A stretch of 1,558 nucleotides of DNA from Naegleria gruberi (lineage: Eukaryota), in assembly GCA_000004985.1 (NCBI GenBank), contig GG739384.1. One strand, 5' to 3'. This document shows positions 1 to 1,558 of this stretch, piece after piece (within the stretch, counting starts at the first letter, position 1; every line of letters starts with the position of its first letter). The position numbers and the translations under genes are program-made. Under the pieces are notes generated by a model that saw nothing but the letters and a program-made list of their open reading frames with translations, did no database searches and was not told the origin of the DNA.

Positions 1-2
1 AT

Positions 3-605
3 AACCAAATTGTTTCTGGATCTTTAAGACCTTTAGCAATACTCAGTTTGGAAGTTCTTTATTTGGGATTTAATGAAATTGATGCAGAAGGTGTTGAATA
101 TCTTGTGAAAATGAAAACTTTAAAGACACTCATTTTGAATGATAACCCGATTGGTCAACTAGGAGCAGCCTTGATTTCTAAATTGACTAATTTAAGAGAA
201 TTGAATTTAACAAACACTTGTATGAACGATAAGGGAGTTGAATATATTTCTAAAATGGCCAGTTTACGAGATCTCCAAATTGGCACAAATCACATGATTA
301 CCAAGTTGGGAGCTCTTTATCTTTCCCAAATGAAAAACCTCCAAAGACTCTCTGTTCCTGCAACTTCTATTAATGATCAGGGAGTTGAATTTCTAGTCAA
401 CTTGGACTCGCTGCAATACCTTGATGCCAGAGGTTTACCATTATCAATCAGAGGGCTTGAGACTCTTCTCGAGTACAAAACCAAACACAACACTATACAA
501 GTGGAACACATACCAATACCTCCAACTATTCAATTCATACCTTGTTGTCCAATTACATTCTTTCAATACCGATTCGATGAATATAACAATTACTTTGATC
601 AATGA
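3..605 (+). CDS. Leucine-rich repeat (LRR) domain protein, 5'-partial (continues upstream of the window). Six LRR units of 24-25 aa plus a C-terminal tail; stop TGA at 603-605.
   Basis: The frame is open from base 3 with no stop before the left edge, and the LRR pattern already runs through residues encoded at 3..47 (…SLRPLAILSLEVLYLGFNEI…). The TTG at 48 that the ORF track calls a start is therefore probably internal. Repeated LxxLxLxxNxI(x)xxGxxxLxxL consensus: LEVLYLGFNEIDAEGVEYLVKMKT / LKTLILNDNPIGQLGAALISKLTN / LRELNLTNTCMNDKGVEYISKMAS / LRDLQIGTNHMITKLGALYLSQMKN / LQRLSVPATSINDQGVEFLVNLDS / LQYLDARGLPLSIRGLETLLEYKTK. Long stop-free frame in AT-rich DNA. Confidence 0.8.
   Translation, partial: NQIVSGSLRPLAILSLEVLYLGFNEIDAEGVEYLVKMKTLKTLILNDNPIGQLGAALISKLTNLRELNLTNTCMNDKGVEYISKMASLRDLQIGTNHMITKLGALYLSQMKNLQRLSVPATSINDQGVEFLVNLDSLQYLDARGLPLSIRGLETLLEYKTKHNTIQVEHIPIPPTIQFIPCCPITFFQYRFDEYNNYFDQ
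48..485 (+). repeat. Intragenic tandem LRR units (72-75 nt each) forming a two-unit super-repeat of about 144-147 nt. DNA-level identity is visible between alternate units.
   Basis: Unit boundaries by translation: 48-119, 120-191, 192-263, 264-338, 339-410, 411-485. Similar nucleotide strings recur at matching places in alternate units: 'gaaggtgttgaatatcttgtgaaaatg' (about 87-113), 'aagggagttgaatatatttctaaaatg' (231-257), 'cagggagttgaatttctagtcaac' (377-400). Spacings are 144 and 147 nt. Confidence 0.6.
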
Positions 606-622
606 TCTGAAATAAGAACAGG

Positions 623-1000
623 TTATTTAATGAGATACTTTTGTTTGGCATTATTGAGATTTAGCTTTGTACTGAGCATGGTTTGTAATATCAGGTCTTG
701 CGACATGGTAGAATAGCTCGTTGGTCCATAAATAGTAGTACTATTTGTTTCTATTGCAATCTGTAATTGTTCCCTATGATTTGGTTCAATTCCAATCTCT
801 TGTCCTACAAGACTCTTCAAAACATTCATTGGATACACCTCTGTTAGTGTATAATTCCTTGATATTCCAAATGTGTGAATGATGTTAAAGTATTGGTATT
901 GACTTGTTTTCATAGCAAACTCGTCAAACTTGTCAGGATCTACATTGTAATCCCAAGAGATGACTGTCTCTCGAATATTATCTAGAGCAGTGATAGTCAC
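623..1000 (-). CDS. Hypothetical protein, C-terminal segment. As a stand-alone ORF it has only a GTG start at 998-1000, but the frame is open upstream to 1156, giving 623..1156 with no ATG, GTG or TTG in the extension. Probably the downstream part of the same gene as 1126..1542.
   Basis: Stop TAA is the reverse complement of 623-625. I translated the in-frame extension upstream of 1000 by hand: KKLPREEERIKFVDCYCHKAIVLGRFSNQQQVIPSIQFQFHTADSAIKKRIE-(V)TITALDNI… That is 52 more sense codons with no stop, ending at TAA (reverse complement of 1157-1159). The first in-frame ATG is about 30 codons inside the called ORF (…FAMKTSQ…). Confidence 0.6.
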   Translation of the reverse strand: MTITALDNIRETVISWDYNVDPDKFDEFAMKTSQYQYFNIIHTFGISRNYTLTEVYPMNVLKSLVGQEIGIEPNHREQLQIAIETNSTTIYGPTSYSTMSQDLILQTMLSTKLNLNNAKQKYLIK

Positions 1001-1125
1001 CTCGATTCTTTTCTTGATTGCACTATCTGCCGTATGGAATTGGAACTGAATTGATGGGATTACTTGTTGTTGATTAGAGAAACGGCCAAGTACAATTGCT
1101 TTATGGCAGTAACAATCAACAAACT

Positions 1126-1542
1126 TTATTCTTTCTTCTTCTCTTGGTAGCTTTTTTTAATTGTTTTAGTGGCAGCTTTTTTCTTAGTCGATTTTTTTTG
1201 TTGAACATCTTCACCAAATAGCAACTTTCTTGCTTCAATTGCTTCTAATTCTTCCTTCTCAAATGCAATTCGATGTGATGTTATTAATTTTCTCATTACA
1301 TCCAGGAATGGAGCCTTTTTAAAGCTGAATATATCTTTTAAGAATTGAGGTTTAGGAATTGATTGTATGTTTCTGCTAAACTCTTGAGGATTAATCCTGT
1401 CCAAGAATTTACAATCATGCTCATCATCCTCAATTTGATACCTACAGGATAAGGAAAGGAAAATCTCTATTATTGCCTTGTCTGTGGTGTTCAAATAATC
1501 ATTAACCTCCTTTTTAATTTGCTCCTCATTTCCCCTGAGCAT
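1126..1542 (-). CDS. Hypothetical protein, N-terminal segment of the minus-strand gene. It ends in a lysine-rich, histone-H1-like tail (…QQKKSTKKKAATKTIKKSYQEKKKE*). The start is either ATG at 1540-1542 or lies beyond the right edge, because the frame is still open over 1543..1557.
   Basis: 138-codon ORF from ATG (reverse complement of 1540-1542) to TAA (reverse complement of 1126-1128). The five codons upstream to the window edge (…LIVKA) also carry no stop. No Shine-Dalgarno-like motif lies before the ATG. Stop-free over more than 400 nt in AT-rich DNA. Confidence 0.65.
   Translation of the reverse strand: MLRGNEEQIKKEVNDYLNTTDKAIIEIFLSLSCRYQIEDDEHDCKFLDRINPQEFSRNIQSIPKPQFLKDIFSFKKAPFLDVMRKLITSHRIAFEKEELEAIEARKLLFGEDVQQKKSTKKKAATKTIKKSYQEKKKE
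1152..1158 (-). other. T7 homopolymer (A7 on the coding strand), the candidate slippage or indel site at the frame junction. Longer and shorter tracts (T8 at 1192-1199, T6 at 1177-1182) sit in the same lysine-rich linker and are read in frame.
   Basis: Read directly from the sequence: 1151 'ctttttttaa' 1160, 1191 'attttttttg' 1200, 1176 'ctttttt c' 1183. The TAA that closes the downstream frame on its 5' side overlaps the first two A of the A7 run. Confidence 0.55.
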
Positions 1543-1558
1543 GGCTTTAACAATTAAA

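Larger units (their letters stand above)
623..1558 (-). pseudogene. A single minus-strand gene that appears interrupted by a -1 frameshift inside 1129..1156, most plausibly at the T7 (A7) run at 1152..1158. Inferred fused product: …KKAATKTIKK-K-LPREEERIKFVDCYCHK…. Could be an authentic pseudogene, a slippage-rescued gene, or an assembly indel.
   Basis: Upstream frame codons begin at p≡0 mod 3 and the downstream frame at p≡1 mod 3 on the minus strand. That is a -1 shift, equal to one missing A in the run. Both frames are open at once only across 1126..1156. The junction lies in a purine-rich, K/E-coding stretch 'aaaaaaagctaccaagagaagaagaaagaataa' (minus strand). Confidence 0.5.

Noticed and set aside
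48-50. TTG at 48 as the real start of the LRR gene, as the track has it
   Set aside because: The same frame is open back to base 3. The LRR register (…LRPLAILSLEVLYL…) runs straight through this position, so the gene almost certainly starts upstream of the window.
421-615. 64-aa + strand ORF (MMPEVYHYQSEGL…) from the six-frame track
   Set aside because: It lies wholly inside the LRR gene in another frame and its composition is low-complexity. It is an overlapping-frame artefact of a long CDS.
603-656. TGA at 603-605 read as Trp (genetic code 4) so that the LRR protein extends
   Set aside because: Read-through adds only about 16 codons before TAG at 654-656, so it gives no support for TGA recoding. 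The TGA is best taken as the stop.
1001-1125. A eukaryotic spliceosomal intron as the reason for the frame change between the two minus-strand ORFs
   Set aside because: The downstream frame stays protein-like and stop-free right through this interval. The two frames overlap as open frames. The 17-bp convergent gene spacing argues for a compact prokaryotic or viral genome.
1133-1141. The (ttc)3 microsatellite as the frameshift site
   Set aside because: A 1-nt indel in a trinucleotide repeat is less likely than one in the adjacent 7-nt homopolymer. I cannot exclude it, since it lies inside the allowed 1129..1156 interval.
1-1558. CRISPR repeats, tRNA or rRNA genes, IS or transposon ends, integrase or att sites
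   Set aside because: There are no regularly spaced direct repeats outside the coding LRR units and no tRNA-like cloverleaf regions. There are no terminal inverted repeats. Essentially all of the window is accounted for by the two coding regions.

Overview
The window is AT-rich (about one-third GC), compact, and codes on both strands. Its gene density and 17-bp convergent spacing look prokaryotic; an AT-rich intracellular or amoeba-associated bacterium, or possibly a giant virus, is a guess only. (1) + strand, 3..605: the 3' part of a leucine-rich-repeat (LRR) protein gene that runs off the left edge. It holds six 24-25-residue LRR units followed by a short Pro/Cys-containing tail, and ends with TGA at 603-605. 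(2) - strand, 623..1558: two consecutive ORFs in different frames, 1126..1542 and 623..1000. They overlap as open reading frames over 1126..1156, inside a lysine-rich linker full of poly(A) tracts. The downstream frame stays open 156 nt upstream of its only possible start (GTG at 1000) and contains no ATG start. The simplest reading is one gene split by a -1 frameshift at or next to the T7 (A7 in the mRNA) homopolymer at 1152..1158. That could be a sequencing indel, a real frameshift mutation, or a slippage-rescued site. No RNA genes, CRISPR arrays, mobile elements or clear promoters or terminators are present. The two genes converge with only a 17-bp gap (606..622). I cannot assign a function to the minus-strand protein from sequence alone.
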